Positions 1 through 9,459 of a DNA stretch of 64,000 bases are shown piece by piece. The DNA lies in assembly GCA_963822945.1 (NCBI GenBank), contig CAWGJO010000035.1, positions 35,008 to 99,007 of the forward strand, read 5' to 3'. A program made the translations under genes and the position numbers. Source of the stretch: an uncultured Gemmatimonadaceae bacterium. Lineage in GTDB: Bacteria; Gemmatimonadota; Gemmatimonadetes; Gemmatimonadales; Gemmatimonadaceae. Each line of letters begins with the position of its first letter. The first letter of the stretch is position 1. The notes below the pieces were generated by a model. It made no database searches, was not told the origin of the DNA, and worked only from the letters and a program-made list of their open reading frames with translations.

Positions 1-941
1 CGCTCGCCCTCGTCGATCCGTCCCAGCCGGATCAGCGTGCACCCCAGGTATCCCATGGACGCCGGATCGTCGGGGTTGGCGGAAACGGCGCGCACGTAGA
101 ATTTCCGCGCGAGGTCGTAGTTGCCCACCTGGTACAGGTAGGCCCCCATCTCACGCAGGGCGATGGCATTGGTGGGATCGGCGGTGAGCGCGAGTTGGAG
201 TTCCGCGTTCGCGGCCGGCAGGTTGCCGGCGTCGCGCGCGATGCGCGCGAGGTACACGTGCGCCACCACGTAGTCGGGATCGATGAGCAGGGCGCGCCGG
301 AAGTCGGCGGCGGCGGAGTCGCGATTGCCGGCGTCGAATTCGGCGATGGCGCGATTCACCACCGCGTCGCGGCGCGGGCCGCCGAACCAGTAGTAAGCCG
401 CGCCGCCGATCAGCCCGAGCACCACGAGCGACACGAGCGCCGTCCAGAGTCGGGCGCGTGAGCGCGCCGGCGCGGCGGGGGGCGCGAACTCGGGCATCAG
501 CGGCGAACGGCGCGTGCCGCCGGGCGGCGTGGGATCGAGGACCGCCCCCGCCCCCGCCCCCGCGGCCGGCGTCCGGCTGCCGGCCCGTCCGGTCCCGACC
601 GGCACATCGAACGCCGCCATGGCGTGGCGGGCCGCGTCCACGTCCTCGGCGGTGGGGCGATACCCGGCATCCTGCGTCCGATCGCGGGCGGCGTGGAATG
701 TGGCCAGCGCGTTCGCCTGGTCGAACGTCAGGAACTGGCGCTGGCGCGCCTCACGCACCAGTTCGGTCCCGGTCGCCGAACTCCCGCCGAGCAGTGCGCG
801 GAGCGCCGTCTCGACCGCCGTCCACGCCTCGAGCAGATCGGCGGCGACATCCTCGGGGTGCCGGGACACATCGAGGCGAGCAATAGCGGCGCGCGCGCCG
901 GCCAGGGCGGGCGCGGCCGGAGACCCGTCGGGGATGCTCAC
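1..941 (-). CDS. Membrane-anchored TPR protein (runs off the window start)
   Basis: Translated by hand from GTG 941, which overlaps the upstream TGA. Helical N-domain, TM segment LWTALVSLVVLGLIGGAAYYWF, then TPR motifs (ALLIDPDYVVAHVYLA, ALTADPTNAIALREMG). Confidence 0.75.
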   Translation of the reverse strand, partial: MSIPDGSPAAPALAGARAAIARLDVSRHPEDVAADLLEAWTAVETALRALLGGSSATGTELVREARQRQFLTFDQANALATFHAARDRTQDAGYRPTAEDVDAARHAMAAFDVPVGTGRAGSRTPAAGAGAGAVLDPTPPGGTRRSPLMPEFAPPAAPARSRARLWTALVSLVVLGLIGGAAYYWFGGPRRDAVVNRAIAEFDAGNRDSAAADFRRALLIDPDYVVAHVYLARIARDAGNLPAANAELQLALTADPTNAIALREMGAYLYQVGNYDLARKFYVRAVSANPDDPASMGYLGCTLIRLGRIDEGE

Positions 942-2083
942 CGCACGATGCGCAGCAGGCCCGCGCGCGCGCTCGCCCGCAGGAAGCTCTCCGCATCGTG
1001 GCTGGGAAGGCGGATGCCCGTCTGCCGGAATACCGAGCGGGCCCGTCCCTGCATATAGTCCTCGAGCGTGGCCGCCGTGTCGACGCGCTCGGCGTCCCGC
1101 ATGCGGATCACGATCTCTTCCCACGACCCCTCGTAGCTGGTGCCGTCGCCGCCCACCACCTGGTGCGCCGGCACGCCGGCGGCCTCATCGCGGTCGGCGA
1201 GTCCGGTGAGGAGCGCGCCGAAGATCTCGAGCTGGTTGCGCGGCCCACCGTCGTCATCGTCCGCCGACTCGTCGTCGGCGTCCAACTCCACGAGCAGCGT
1301 GTCCACGTCGTCCAGATCCTCGCCGAGTTCCGTGAGCCGCGCATGCCACGGCGTCAACTCGCCGTCGTTCTCGTCGAGGTTGTACACCGACCGCTTGAGC
1401 TCGATGATCCGCCAGATGCCCAGCTCGTCCCAGTGATCTTCGGGGCGCGTCCGCTCGAACTGATAGAGCGCGCCCTCGTACTCCGACTGATCGTAGAGAA
1501 TGTTGGCCAGGTAGATGCGGGCCTCGGCGTGGTCGGAATCGAGCTGCAATGCGTGGCGCAGCGCCTCGACCGCCGCGACGTCGTCGGCCAGGCGATGCTG
1601 CGCGTACCCCACGCAGGCGCGCGCCTCCGCCATCTCCGGCGCCTGGGCCACCGCCTGATTGAAGAACTCGAGCGCCAGCTGGAACAGCTCGGGCCGCTCG
1701 CGGCTGGACGCCTCGCGGAACAACGCCCGACCCACCTGCAGCATGAGATCGAGATCGTCGCTGTAGCCCAGTTCGAAGATCCGGGTGAAGCACCGAACCG
1801 CGGCGTCCTGCTGCCCGAAGCGCAGCAGCGTCTCGCCGAGCCCGGCCAGCGCGTCCTCGTGCTCGGGTTCGAGCACCAACGCTTCTTCGAAGCTCCGCCG
1901 CGCCCACGCGAATTCCTCGCGCGCCAGACGGGCGTACCCCACCCCGATGTGCAGTTCGACCGAATTCGGGTAGAGGGTCAAGCCCTCCCGAAGCACATTC
2001 AGCGCGTCGTCGTACAACCCCTCGTTGTAGAGTTGGTGGGCACGTTCGTCGTACTCCTCAGAACTCAGGAACGGGGTGGGCAT
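938..2083 (-). CDS. TPR repeat protein
   Basis: Several TPR motifs (ALVLEPEHEDALAGLGE, ALQLDSDHAEARIYLAN). Start MPTPFLSSEEY follows GGAGG; alternative start 2101. Confidence 0.85.
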   Translation of the reverse strand: MPTPFLSSEEYDERAHQLYNEGLYDDALNVLREGLTLYPNSVELHIGVGYARLAREEFAWARRSFEEALVLEPEHEDALAGLGETLLRFGQQDAAVRCFTRIFELGYSDDLDLMLQVGRALFREASSRERPELFQLALEFFNQAVAQAPEMAEARACVGYAQHRLADDVAAVEALRHALQLDSDHAEARIYLANILYDQSEYEGALYQFERTRPEDHWDELGIWRIIELKRSVYNLDENDGELTPWHARLTELGEDLDDVDTLLVELDADDESADDDDGGPRNQLEIFGALLTGLADRDEAAGVPAHQVVGGDGTSYEGSWEEIVIRMRDAERVDTAATLEDYMQGRARSVFRQTGIRLPSHDAESFLRASARAGLLRIVR

Positions 2084-2118
2084 GAGAACGTAGACCTCCA
2101 AAGCGAGGGGGCATGCCT

Positions 2119-2148
2119 ATAGTACAATCACCCAACGGCGAAGTTCAA
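2119..2148 (-). promoter_or_regulatory. Putative sigma70 promoter of the TPR genes
   Basis: Minus strand TTGAAC-N18-TACTAT in an AT-rich intergenic gap. Confidence 0.45.
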
Positions 2149-2186
2149 CGGTAATTTTTGCACCGACCGGCGGGATTTTGGTGATG

Positions 2187-3086
2187 TTACGGGGTCGTGG
2201 GGAGTACGCGTGCGATTGCCCCCGCCAGCCGCGCGTTCTGTTCCAGTAATGCAAGGTTCACCTTGAGTGACCGTCCGTGCGTGACCGTGGTCACCGCCGC
2301 CAACAGATAGGGTGTCGCAGCGGCGCCGCGCACGCCGTCCGCGCGCGCCGCCGCAATGGCACGCTCCACCGCCCGTTCCACCTCGTCACGGGGCAGCGCA
2401 ACGTCCGCAGGCGGCGGTTGCACCACCAGCAGCGCCTGGTCCCGCCCCAGCGCGCGCTGCGCGCGGAAGATCTTCGCCACGTCCTCGGCGGACTCCGCGC
2501 GGGCCGTGAGGCGAATGCCAGTGTCGGCCGTGTAGAAACCCGGAAGATCCGAGGTTTGATAGCCGACGACCGTCACGCCGAACGTTTCCAGGCGCTCCAT
2601 GGTGGCACCCAGGTCCAGGATCGCCTTCGCGCCGGCACAGACCACGACCATCGGCGTGCGCGAGAGTTCGAGCAGGTCGGCCGATTCGTCGAACGGCGGC
2701 TCGCGATGGACGCCGCCGATACCGCCGGTGGCGAATACCGAGACGCCGGCCCGGTGCGCGAGCGCCAACGTGGCGGCGACCGTCGTCGCGCCATCGGCCT
2801 CCTGTGCCATCGCCACCGGGAGATCGCGCGCCGAGACCTTCCGCACGTCGCGGCCCGCCAGGAAGCGCTCCAATTCATCGGGCTCGAGTCCCAGCGCCGG
2901 CGTGCCGCGCACCACCGCCGCCATCGCGGGGTGGGCACCCTCGGCGCGGACGGCGGCGCTCATGCGATCCACGCACTCGCGGTTGGCCGGCGCCGGCAGC
3001 CCCTGGGCGATGACCGACGTCTCCAGCGCCACCACGGGCTGTCCGGTTTCGATGGCCCGGCGCAGGTCGGGCAGCAGGCGAATCAC
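2187..3086 (-). CDS. psuG: Pseudouridine-5'-phosphate glycosidase
   Basis: VALETSVIAQGLP, KVSARDL, GATTVAAT, FATGGIGGVHR, ESADL, GAKAILD motifs. Confidence 0.93.
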   Translation of the reverse strand: MIRLLPDLRRAIETGQPVVALETSVIAQGLPAPANRECVDRMSAAVRAEGAHPAMAAVVRGTPALGLEPDELERFLAGRDVRKVSARDLPVAMAQEADGATTVAATLALAHRAGVSVFATGGIGGVHREPPFDESADLLELSRTPMVVVCAGAKAILDLGATMERLETFGVTVVGYQTSDLPGFYTADTGIRLTARAESAEDVAKIFRAQRALGRDQALLVVQPPPADVALPRDEVERAVERAIAAARADGVRGAAATPYLLAAVTTVTHGRSLKVNLALLEQNARLAGAIARVLPTTP

Positions 3087-3313
3087 GCGGGGTCGAACGC
3101 CTCGGCCTTGCGCGAATCGAGCACGTCGCGCTCGCCGGAGGTCGGATCGTAGATCGCGATGACCTTGATCGTTTCCCCCTCGTACGCGTCGAACTCCTTG
3201 CCCTGGCCCTTCGAGACGCGGATCTCGTGTCCGTCCTCGAAGCGCAGCACCACGAGCGGGTGCTCGGCGTTCACGTACCGGCGGCGGAGGCGATTGGCGG
3301 TGGGTTTCTTCAT
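3083..3313 (-). CDS. Small hypothetical protein
   Basis: MKKPTANRLRRRYVN..., typical codon usage, GTGA overlap with psuG. Confidence 0.7.
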   Translation of the reverse strand: MKKPTANRLRRRYVNAEHPLVVLRFEDGHEIRVSKGQGKEFDAYEGETIKVIAIYDPTSGERDVLDSRKAEAFDPA

Positions 3314-3344
3314 GGCGATTCGAACGGTTCGAACGGTGAGGGGG

Positions 3345-4532
3345 TCAGGGAGCACCGGTTGCCTGATACTCGCGCCAGCGGTCCGCGGTCAGCGCCTCGT
3401 CCATCATGGCGACCACGGACTCGAGTTCGTCGTCGCGCGTGTAGAAGTGCGGGGCGACGCGGATGCCGGCGTTCGGCCGGAAGTCCACCAGCACGTCCCG
3501 CGACAGAAGATACTCGGAAACCTCGTAGGCATGGGGCACGTCGAACGCCACCGTTCCCCCGCGGCGCGCGGGGTCGCGCGGCACTCGCACGGGATATCCA
3601 CGGGCGTCGGCCAGTTCGATGAGCCGCGCCGTCTGCCGCATGCTCTTGGCCCGGATGGCCGCCACGCCGGCGCGCCGCACGAGGCGCGGGCCCTCGATGG
3701 CGGCATACAGCGCGGGAATGGCGGGCGTGCCGTTGAGCCACCGGTACACGCCCGGCGCGTGCGTCATCTCCGGCTCGAAGGCAAACGGATGCTCGTGCGC
3801 CAGCCATCCGGTGAGCGCCGGCTCCAGCGCAGTCTGCACGCCGGGGGCCACGTACAGAAAACATCCGCCGGGCCCGCCACACAGCCATTTGAGCACGCCC
3901 CCGGTGAGGAAGTCCGCGCCCAGCGCCTTCACGTCCACCGGGATCACCCCCACGGCATGGAAGGCGTCGAGGGAGAGCAGCGCGCCCATCTCGTGCGCGC
4001 GCCTGGCGATGGGCGCCACATCCATCACGAACGCCGACCGGAACAGCACGTGCGAGATGCACACCAGCCGCGTCCGCTCGTCGATGGCCGCCATGACGGC
4101 GTCGGCGTCCACGCTGATGCCGTCAGCGGCCGCCGGCACGACCACGATCTCGGCGCCGAGCCGGGTGGCCAGCCGGTCGTACACGTAGCGCACCGACGGG
4201 AAGTCGAGTTCCGTCATGACGATCCGGTTGCGCTCGGGCGGGTAGTCGAGCGCCGAGAGCACCGACGCCTGGCCCAGCGTGACGTTGCCCACCATCACCA
4301 CCTGGCCGGCGTCGGCGCCGATGAGGGGCGCGATCTCGTCGCCCACCGCGCCGGGCATCGCCCACCAGCGGCGGCCCCAAGCGCGCACTCCCTGTTCGGC
4401 CCACTCGTCGACGTACTCCGCCAGCCGTTCGGGGACGGCGCGCGGCATGGCGCCGAGCGAATTGGACACGAGGTACGTGGTGTGCTCGAGAATCGGGAAT
4501 TCGCCGCGATAGGCGAGGAGCGAATCGGTCAT
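3345..4532 (-). CDS. Kynureninase-like class V PLP enzyme
   Basis: YLVSNSLGAMP, DFPS, DAFHAVG, GGVLKWLCGGPG, GW, IRVAPHFY; ATGA overlap with the permease. Confidence 0.85.
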   Translation of the reverse strand: MTDSLLAYRGEFPILEHTTYLVSNSLGAMPRAVPERLAEYVDEWAEQGVRAWGRRWWAMPGAVGDEIAPLIGADAGQVVMVGNVTLGQASVLSALDYPPERNRIVMTELDFPSVRYVYDRLATRLGAEIVVVPAAADGISVDADAVMAAIDERTRLVCISHVLFRSAFVMDVAPIARRAHEMGALLSLDAFHAVGVIPVDVKALGADFLTGGVLKWLCGGPGGCFLYVAPGVQTALEPALTGWLAHEHPFAFEPEMTHAPGVYRWLNGTPAIPALYAAIEGPRLVRRAGVAAIRAKSMRQTARLIELADARGYPVRVPRDPARRGGTVAFDVPHAYEVSEYLLSRDVLVDFRPNAGIRVAPHFYTRDDELESVVAMMDEALTADRWREYQATGAP

Positions 4533-5860
4533 GGGTTTCCGGAGGTCACGATGCGCGCCGCGCGGGCGCGGCGCGTGGAGACGAACACCAGACTCGCCAC
4601 CGCCAGGACGAGGCCGGCCACGCGCCACTCGCGCAACGTGACGGACGAGAGGAGGGCGATGACGAGCAGGCCGGCGACGACGGGAATCACGTTGCCGCCG
4701 GGCAAACGGAACGGCTCGCCGGCCCCGCGCACGTCGCGCCGGTGGAGTTCGAACGCCGCGGCGCAGCATCCGAGGTAGGCGAGCAGCGCCGCGAGGTTGG
4801 CCATGATCACCAGCCGGTCGAACGCGCCGGTGGCGGCCAGTCCCACCGTGAGCACCGCCTGGGCGATGATCGCCACGTGGGGCGTGTGATACCGGGAGTG
4901 CACCGACGCGAAGACCCGCGGCGCGAACCCATCGCGAGCGAAGGCGAACAGGGCGCGCGGCATCGCCAGCGCCATACCGGTCATGAAGCCGAAGGTGGAG
5001 AGCACCACCGCCACGGCGAACAGCTTGGCGCCCCACGGGCCCATGACCACGGCCGCGGCGTCGGCGAGCGGGGTCGGCGAGCCCACGAGGTGCGGACCGA
5101 GGATGCCCTGGACCACGAGCTGCAGCGCCACGAACAGGAGCGTGACCATGCCCATGGCCAGGAGCAGCGCGCGGGGAACGGTGCGTGAGGAGTCGGTGAC
5201 CTCGCCGCTCGGCACCAGGGCGCTCTCGAAACCGGCGAACACGAACACCAGCACCATCGCCGCCCGCGCGAAGTCGCGCTTGGGCGGCATCACCTCGGGC
5301 TTGAGATAGGCGGTATGGATGCCGAATACGCCGACCACGATCAGCAGGATCAGCGGCGCGAGCTTGACGACCGTCGCCGCGCCGATGAGCCGCGTGCCCT
5401 GCTTCACCCCGCGCACGTTGATCCAGACGACCGTGGCGTACGTGACCACGAGCAGCCCCACCTTCGCGGCCTGCGAGCCGAAGCCGGGCACCAGCCGGGC
5501 GAAGTTGTCGGCGAAGATCATCGCGATGGCCGGCACCGCCGTGGCTCCGATCATCCAGATCAGCACCCCGACCATGAAGCCGGCATAGGGACCGAACGCC
5601 GTCTCCACGTACATGTACGGTCCGCCGGTCAGCGACACGCGACTGCCCGCTTCGGCCATGCACAGCACCACGAATCCCATCGCCACCGCGCACATCAGGT
5701 ACGCGAGAGGCGCGGCGGCCCCCAGCAGCCCGGCCACCGCGGGGTCGGACGGAATGCGGAAGATCCCGCCGCCGATGATCAGATTCACGATGCTCGCCGC
5801 CAGCCCCCAGACACCCACGGCCCGGACGAGCGAGGATTCGATGGAAGCGCGCTGACTCAT
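4529..5860 (-). CDS. APC-family amino acid permease
   Basis: IIGGGIF, GGPYMYV, FAGFE, PRALFAFARDG motifs; about 12 hydrophobic segments. Confidence 0.9.
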   Translation of the reverse strand: MSQRASIESSLVRAVGVWGLAASIVNLIIGGGIFRIPSDPAVAGLLGAAAPLAYLMCAVAMGFVVLCMAEAGSRVSLTGGPYMYVETAFGPYAGFMVGVLIWMIGATAVPAIAMIFADNFARLVPGFGSQAAKVGLLVVTYATVVWINVRGVKQGTRLIGAATVVKLAPLILLIVVGVFGIHTAYLKPEVMPPKRDFARAAMVLVFVFAGFESALVPSGEVTDSSRTVPRALLLAMGMVTLLFVALQLVVQGILGPHLVGSPTPLADAAAVVMGPWGAKLFAVAVVLSTFGFMTGMALAMPRALFAFARDGFAPRVFASVHSRYHTPHVAIIAQAVLTVGLAATGAFDRLVIMANLAALLAYLGCCAAAFELHRRDVRGAGEPFRLPGGNVIPVVAGLLVIALLSSVTLREWRVAGLVLAVASLVFVSTRRARAARIVTSGNP

Positions 5861-6019
5861 GGAAGACGGATCGGGTGGGAAATGGCCGGAAGGGAGCCGT
5901 CGGCGGCGATGCGTGTACAACACTAGACCTCACGCGCTCCGGACGCCACCATATTGCAGGCGTTCGAACCGGGAAACGAGCGCGGGACGGAATTCCATTA
6001 CACCGTTTGGAGGAACGAC

Positions 6020-6394
6020 ATGACAGCACGCGTGCAAGCATTGGTCCTCGGCCTGGCCCTCTGTGCGGCCACGGCGGGGGCGCAGACTCCGACGTCGGTC
6101 AGCCTGTCGGTGCGGATGCCCAGCGTCACTCCGTTGGTCCAGGTGCAGCAGACGGCGTCCGTTGGCCCCGTACTCCGGTCGTCCGCCGTCGGGATTCAAT
6201 CGCTGCACCAGGCCGTGCCGCTCGACCCCGCGGGTGGAATGGCGGCCACCACGCGCCAGCAGTCCCGGGCCATGATGATCGTGGGCGGTGCGGCCCTCAT
6301 CGTCGGCGCCATCATCGGAGGCACCCCCGGCACCATCGTCATGGTCGGCGGCGGCGTGGTCGGACTCATTGGGCTCTACAACTATCTCGAGTAG
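6020..6394 (+). CDS. Exported protein with C-terminal Gly-rich hydrophobic hairpin
   Basis: GGAGG RBS, signal peptide (ALCAATAGA-Q), C-terminal GxxxG-rich segment. Confidence 0.75.
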   Translation: MTARVQALVLGLALCAATAGAQTPTSVSLSVRMPSVTPLVQVQQTASVGPVLRSSAVGIQSLHQAVPLDPAGGMAATTRQQSRAMMIVGGAALIVGAIIGGTPGTIVMVGGGVVGLIGLYNYLE

Positions 6395-6407
6395 CGGCGG
6401 CACGTCG

Positions 6408-7511
6408 TTGGAGCGGGCCCGGATCGCCCTCGTCCTTGGCGGCGGGGGCGTGAAGGGCTTCGCGCACATCGGCGTGCTCCGCGCCCTGCAGGAACGCGGC
6501 ATCCGTCCCGCGGTGTATGCGGGCACCAGCATCGGCGCCCTGATCGCGGCGGCGGCGGTGAGCGGCATGAGCGCCGAGGAACTGGCGCAACGCGCCGAAG
6601 GCCTCCGCCGCCGCGACCTGTTCCGCATCAATCACCTGGGCATGCTCGTGGACCGCATGCGCGCGCCCGCCATCTACCTGGGCGAGCCGCTCCGCAACCT
6701 GGTGGACGCGGTGGCACCCGACGGCACCTTCGAAGACCTGCGCACGCCCCTGCTCGTCAACACCGTCGACCTGGAACGCGCCACCCGCCTCGTCTGGGGG
6801 CTCCCGGGGCTGCGGGACGTGCCGGTGCGCGACGCCGTGTATGCCTCGTGCGCGCTCCCCGGCTTCTTTCCTCCCGCCGACGTGGGCGGCCGCCTGTGCG
6901 TGGACGGCGGCGTCATCGACAACCTCCCGGTGGCCGCCGCCGGGCTGGGCATGGACGCCGTGATCGCGGTGGACGTGGGCAGCTCCGACGTCCGACCGAC
7001 GCCGCGGGTCGGGGCGCAGGGATTTGCCGCGATCTACATGCGCTCGGGCACGATCATGATGCATCACCTGCAGGAGCAGCCGCTGACCCGCTGGAAGGGG
7101 CCGCCCATGCTCCTGATCCGGCCCAAGGTCGACTCGCACTGGTTGAGCTTCATCCACGCCGAGCAGAACATTCGCGAAGGCTACCGAGCCACCACCAAGG
7201 CGCTCGAGCACATCGATACCTACCTGGAGCAGAAGACGGGGATCTACCCGCGCAAGCGGATGCGCCTGCACGTGGTGCGCGAATCGTGCGTCCGGTGCGG
7301 AATGTGCGTGGCGCTTGCGCCCGAGAGCATGACGTTCGATCCGGCCGACGGCACGGCGGTCCCGCGCGAGGAACTGGTGGAGTGGTCCGCCGCCGACGGC
7401 AACTTCGTGCTCCACTGCCCCACCGGCGCCATCAAGGCGGCACGGCTCGACCTGGTGACGCCCACCGCCCCCCAGAAGGCCATCGGCCGCGAGGACCTGC
7501 TCGTTCCCTAG
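6408..7511 (+). CDS. Patatin-like phospholipase with C-terminal ferredoxin domain
   Basis: GGGGVKG, GTSIG, DGG; C-terminal CVRCGMC...CPTGAI. TTG start is uncertain. Confidence 0.85.
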   Translation: MERARIALVLGGGGVKGFAHIGVLRALQERGIRPAVYAGTSIGALIAAAAVSGMSAEELAQRAEGLRRRDLFRINHLGMLVDRMRAPAIYLGEPLRNLVDAVAPDGTFEDLRTPLLVNTVDLERATRLVWGLPGLRDVPVRDAVYASCALPGFFPPADVGGRLCVDGGVIDNLPVAAAGLGMDAVIAVDVGSSDVRPTPRVGAQGFAAIYMRSGTIMMHHLQEQPLTRWKGPPMLLIRPKVDSHWLSFIHAEQNIREGYRATTKALEHIDTYLEQKTGIYPRKRMRLHVVRESCVRCGMCVALAPESMTFDPADGTAVPREELVEWSAADGNFVLHCPTGAIKAARLDLVTPTAPQKAIGREDLLVP

Positions 7512-8374
7512 CCGCCCCTGACGAGCACGGCGTTCCCCGACGGATCGCGGGCCAGCCACCCGCCGTCGCGAGCCTGCAGCGGCACCCCCTGCCGCACGAG
7601 CGCGCTCCGCGTGGCCTCGAGGGACGCCGCGTCGGGCAGCACAAGCTCGAAGTGGTCGAGGCCGGGCGCGGATTCCGGCGCCGGCGGAGCGCCCGCCACC
7701 CCCCAGGTATTGAGCCCCACGTGGTGGTGGTACCCGCCCGCCGACACGAACAGCGCTCCCGAAGCCATCCGCTGCATCACATCGAATCCGAGCGCTCCGT
7801 GGTAGAACTCCTCCGCTTCGGCAAGGTCTCGGACCTGGAGGTGCACGTGCCCCATGCGTGTCTGCGGCGGAGCCTTGGCCGGCACGTCTCCCGCACCAAC
7901 CGCGCCGTCGAGCAAGGCGCGAAGGTCCAGGGGATCGGAGACCATCGCCAGGCCGTTCCCGTCCTGCGGCCACTCGTCACGCGACCGGTCGCGGTAGATC
8001 TCGATGCCGAGCCCGTCGGGGTCGCCGAGGTAGATGGCCTCGCTCACCCCATGGTCCGACGCCCCCTGCAGGGGCCAGCGCGCCGACACCAGCCGCGCCA
8101 GGGCGTGACCCAGGCTGGCCCGATCGGGCACGAGCACCGCGAAGTGGTAGAGCCCGGTGGTGCGGCGTGGACGGGGGACCGCGCCGGGCTGCGCCCGCAG
8201 CGACACCAGCGCGCGCCCGCCCGCGCCGAGCGCGGCCGATTCGGCATCGCTCGACAGCACGTCGAGTCCGAGCACGTGGGCATAGAACGCGAGCGACTGT
8301 TCGAGGTCGCGCACACGAAGATGGACGCCGCCGATGGCGGCGCCCGCATCAATGGACATCGGATTGGCCTCCAC
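7508..8374 (-). CDS. VOC family protein (CatE-like catechol dioxygenase/glyoxalase)
   Basis: GLYHFAVLVP, DHGVSEAIYLGDPDG, MGHVHLQV, GGYHHHVGLNTW. Confidence 0.88.
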   Translation of the reverse strand: MEANPMSIDAGAAIGGVHLRVRDLEQSLAFYAHVLGLDVLSSDAESAALGAGGRALVSLRAQPGAVPRPRRTTGLYHFAVLVPDRASLGHALARLVSARWPLQGASDHGVSEAIYLGDPDGLGIEIYRDRSRDEWPQDGNGLAMVSDPLDLRALLDGAVGAGDVPAKAPPQTRMGHVHLQVRDLAEAEEFYHGALGFDVMQRMASGALFVSAGGYHHHVGLNTWGVAGAPPAPESAPGLDHFELVLPDAASLEATRSALVRQGVPLQARDGGWLARDPSGNAVLVRGG

Positions 8375-8385
8375 GCGAACCGGGC

Positions 8386-8408
8386 GCCGGGGCGAACATC
8401 GCCCCGGC
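8386..8408. other. GC-rich hairpin between yceI and the VOC gene
   Basis: GCCGGGGCGA-aca-TCGCCCCGGC perfect 10-bp stem. Confidence 0.5.
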
Positions 8409-8425
8409 CGCCCGGCCGCGCAACG

Positions 8426-8986
8426 TCAGACGGACGCGAGTGCTTCCTTCGCCGCCTGCTTCACCAGCTCCACTTCGATCGCGATCTTGACGTCGTCGCC
8501 GACGAGCACGCCGCCGGCTTCGAGGCCCACGTTCCAGGTGAGCCCGAAGTCCTTCCGGTTGATCTTCGTGGTGGCCGCATACCCGGCTCGCTCGCCACCC
8601 CAGGGATCGGTCACCCGCCCCGACGACTCCACCTTCAGCGTGACCTCGCGCGTCACGTCGCGGATCGTGAGATCGCCGATCAGCTCGAACTCGCCGTCCA
8701 GGGGGCCTTCCACGCGCTTGCCCCTGAACAGGATCTTCGGAAACCGCTCGACGTCGAAGAAGTCGGCCGACTTGAGGTGCGCGTCGCGCTTCTCGTCGCG
8801 GGTGTCGATGCTGGCCACGCCGATCGAGACGTCGACCTTGGCGGTGCCGGGCGTGTTCTCGTCCACCGTCACGGCACCGGACACGTCGGCGAAGTGGCCC
8901 TTCACCGTGGAGATCATCAGGTGCTTGACTGCAAACTCCGCAGCGCTATGTGAGGCATCGATTTGCCATTTGGTCTGACCATTCAT
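8426..8986 (-). CDS. YceI family protein
   Basis: WQIDASHS, F-AVKHLMIS, RDAHLKSADFFDV, INRKDFGLTWN. Confidence 0.93.
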   Translation of the reverse strand: MNGQTKWQIDASHSAAEFAVKHLMISTVKGHFADVSGAVTVDENTPGTAKVDVSIGVASIDTRDEKRDAHLKSADFFDVERFPKILFRGKRVEGPLDGEFELIGDLTIRDVTREVTLKVESSGRVTDPWGGERAGYAATTKINRKDFGLTWNVGLEAGGVLVGDDVKIAIEVELVKQAAKEALASV

Positions 8987-9037
8987 GGGGGCCTTCTCCT
9001 GCTCGAATTGGTTGATGTGTTACCTATCTTGTGTATG

Positions 9038-9068
9038 TGACTCTAAAATAGTAAGTTCCTCTTGTCAA
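9038..9068 (-). promoter_or_regulatory. sigma70 promoter of yceI overlapping a putative HxlR-family operator
   Basis: Minus strand TTGACA-N17-TAGAGT (9068-9040); imperfect inverted repeat TGACT-N7-AGTAA at 9038-9054. Confidence 0.65.
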
Positions 9069-9096
9069 GTTCGCCCTGTCGTCAAAGGTTAGTGCC

Positions 9097-9459
9097 ATGT
9101 CAGCAAAAACCCCGATGGTCTGCCGCCACTACCACCGCGCCGTCGAACTCATCGGCCGCCGGTGGACGGGCGCCGTGCTTCAGGTGCTCATGGGTGGGCG
9201 GATGCGCTATTGCGAGATCCGGGGCGCCATCCCCGAGGTGAGCGACCGAATGCTCTCCGAGCGGCTCAAAGAGCTGGAAGCGGAGGGGATCCTGGTGCGA
9301 ATCGTCACGCCCGACACGCCGGTGCGGGTGGAGTACGAACTGAGCCAGAAGGGGCGGGCGCTGGAACAGGCGTTGGTCGCCATCCAGCAGTGGGCGGACG
9401 AGTGGAAGGACTCGCCCGCCGGCGTGCCTCAGGCCAGCGCGCGCGCAATCCGGGCGTAG
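9097..9459 (+). CDS. HxlR/DUF24 winged-helix regulator
   Basis: LIGRRWTGAVL, SDRMLSERLKELE, PVRVEYELSQKG; N-terminal Cys. Confidence 0.92.
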   Translation: MSAKTPMVCRHYHRAVELIGRRWTGAVLQVLMGGRMRYCEIRGAIPEVSDRMLSERLKELEAEGILVRIVTPDTPVRVEYELSQKGRALEQALVAIQQWADEWKDSPAGVPQASARAIRA

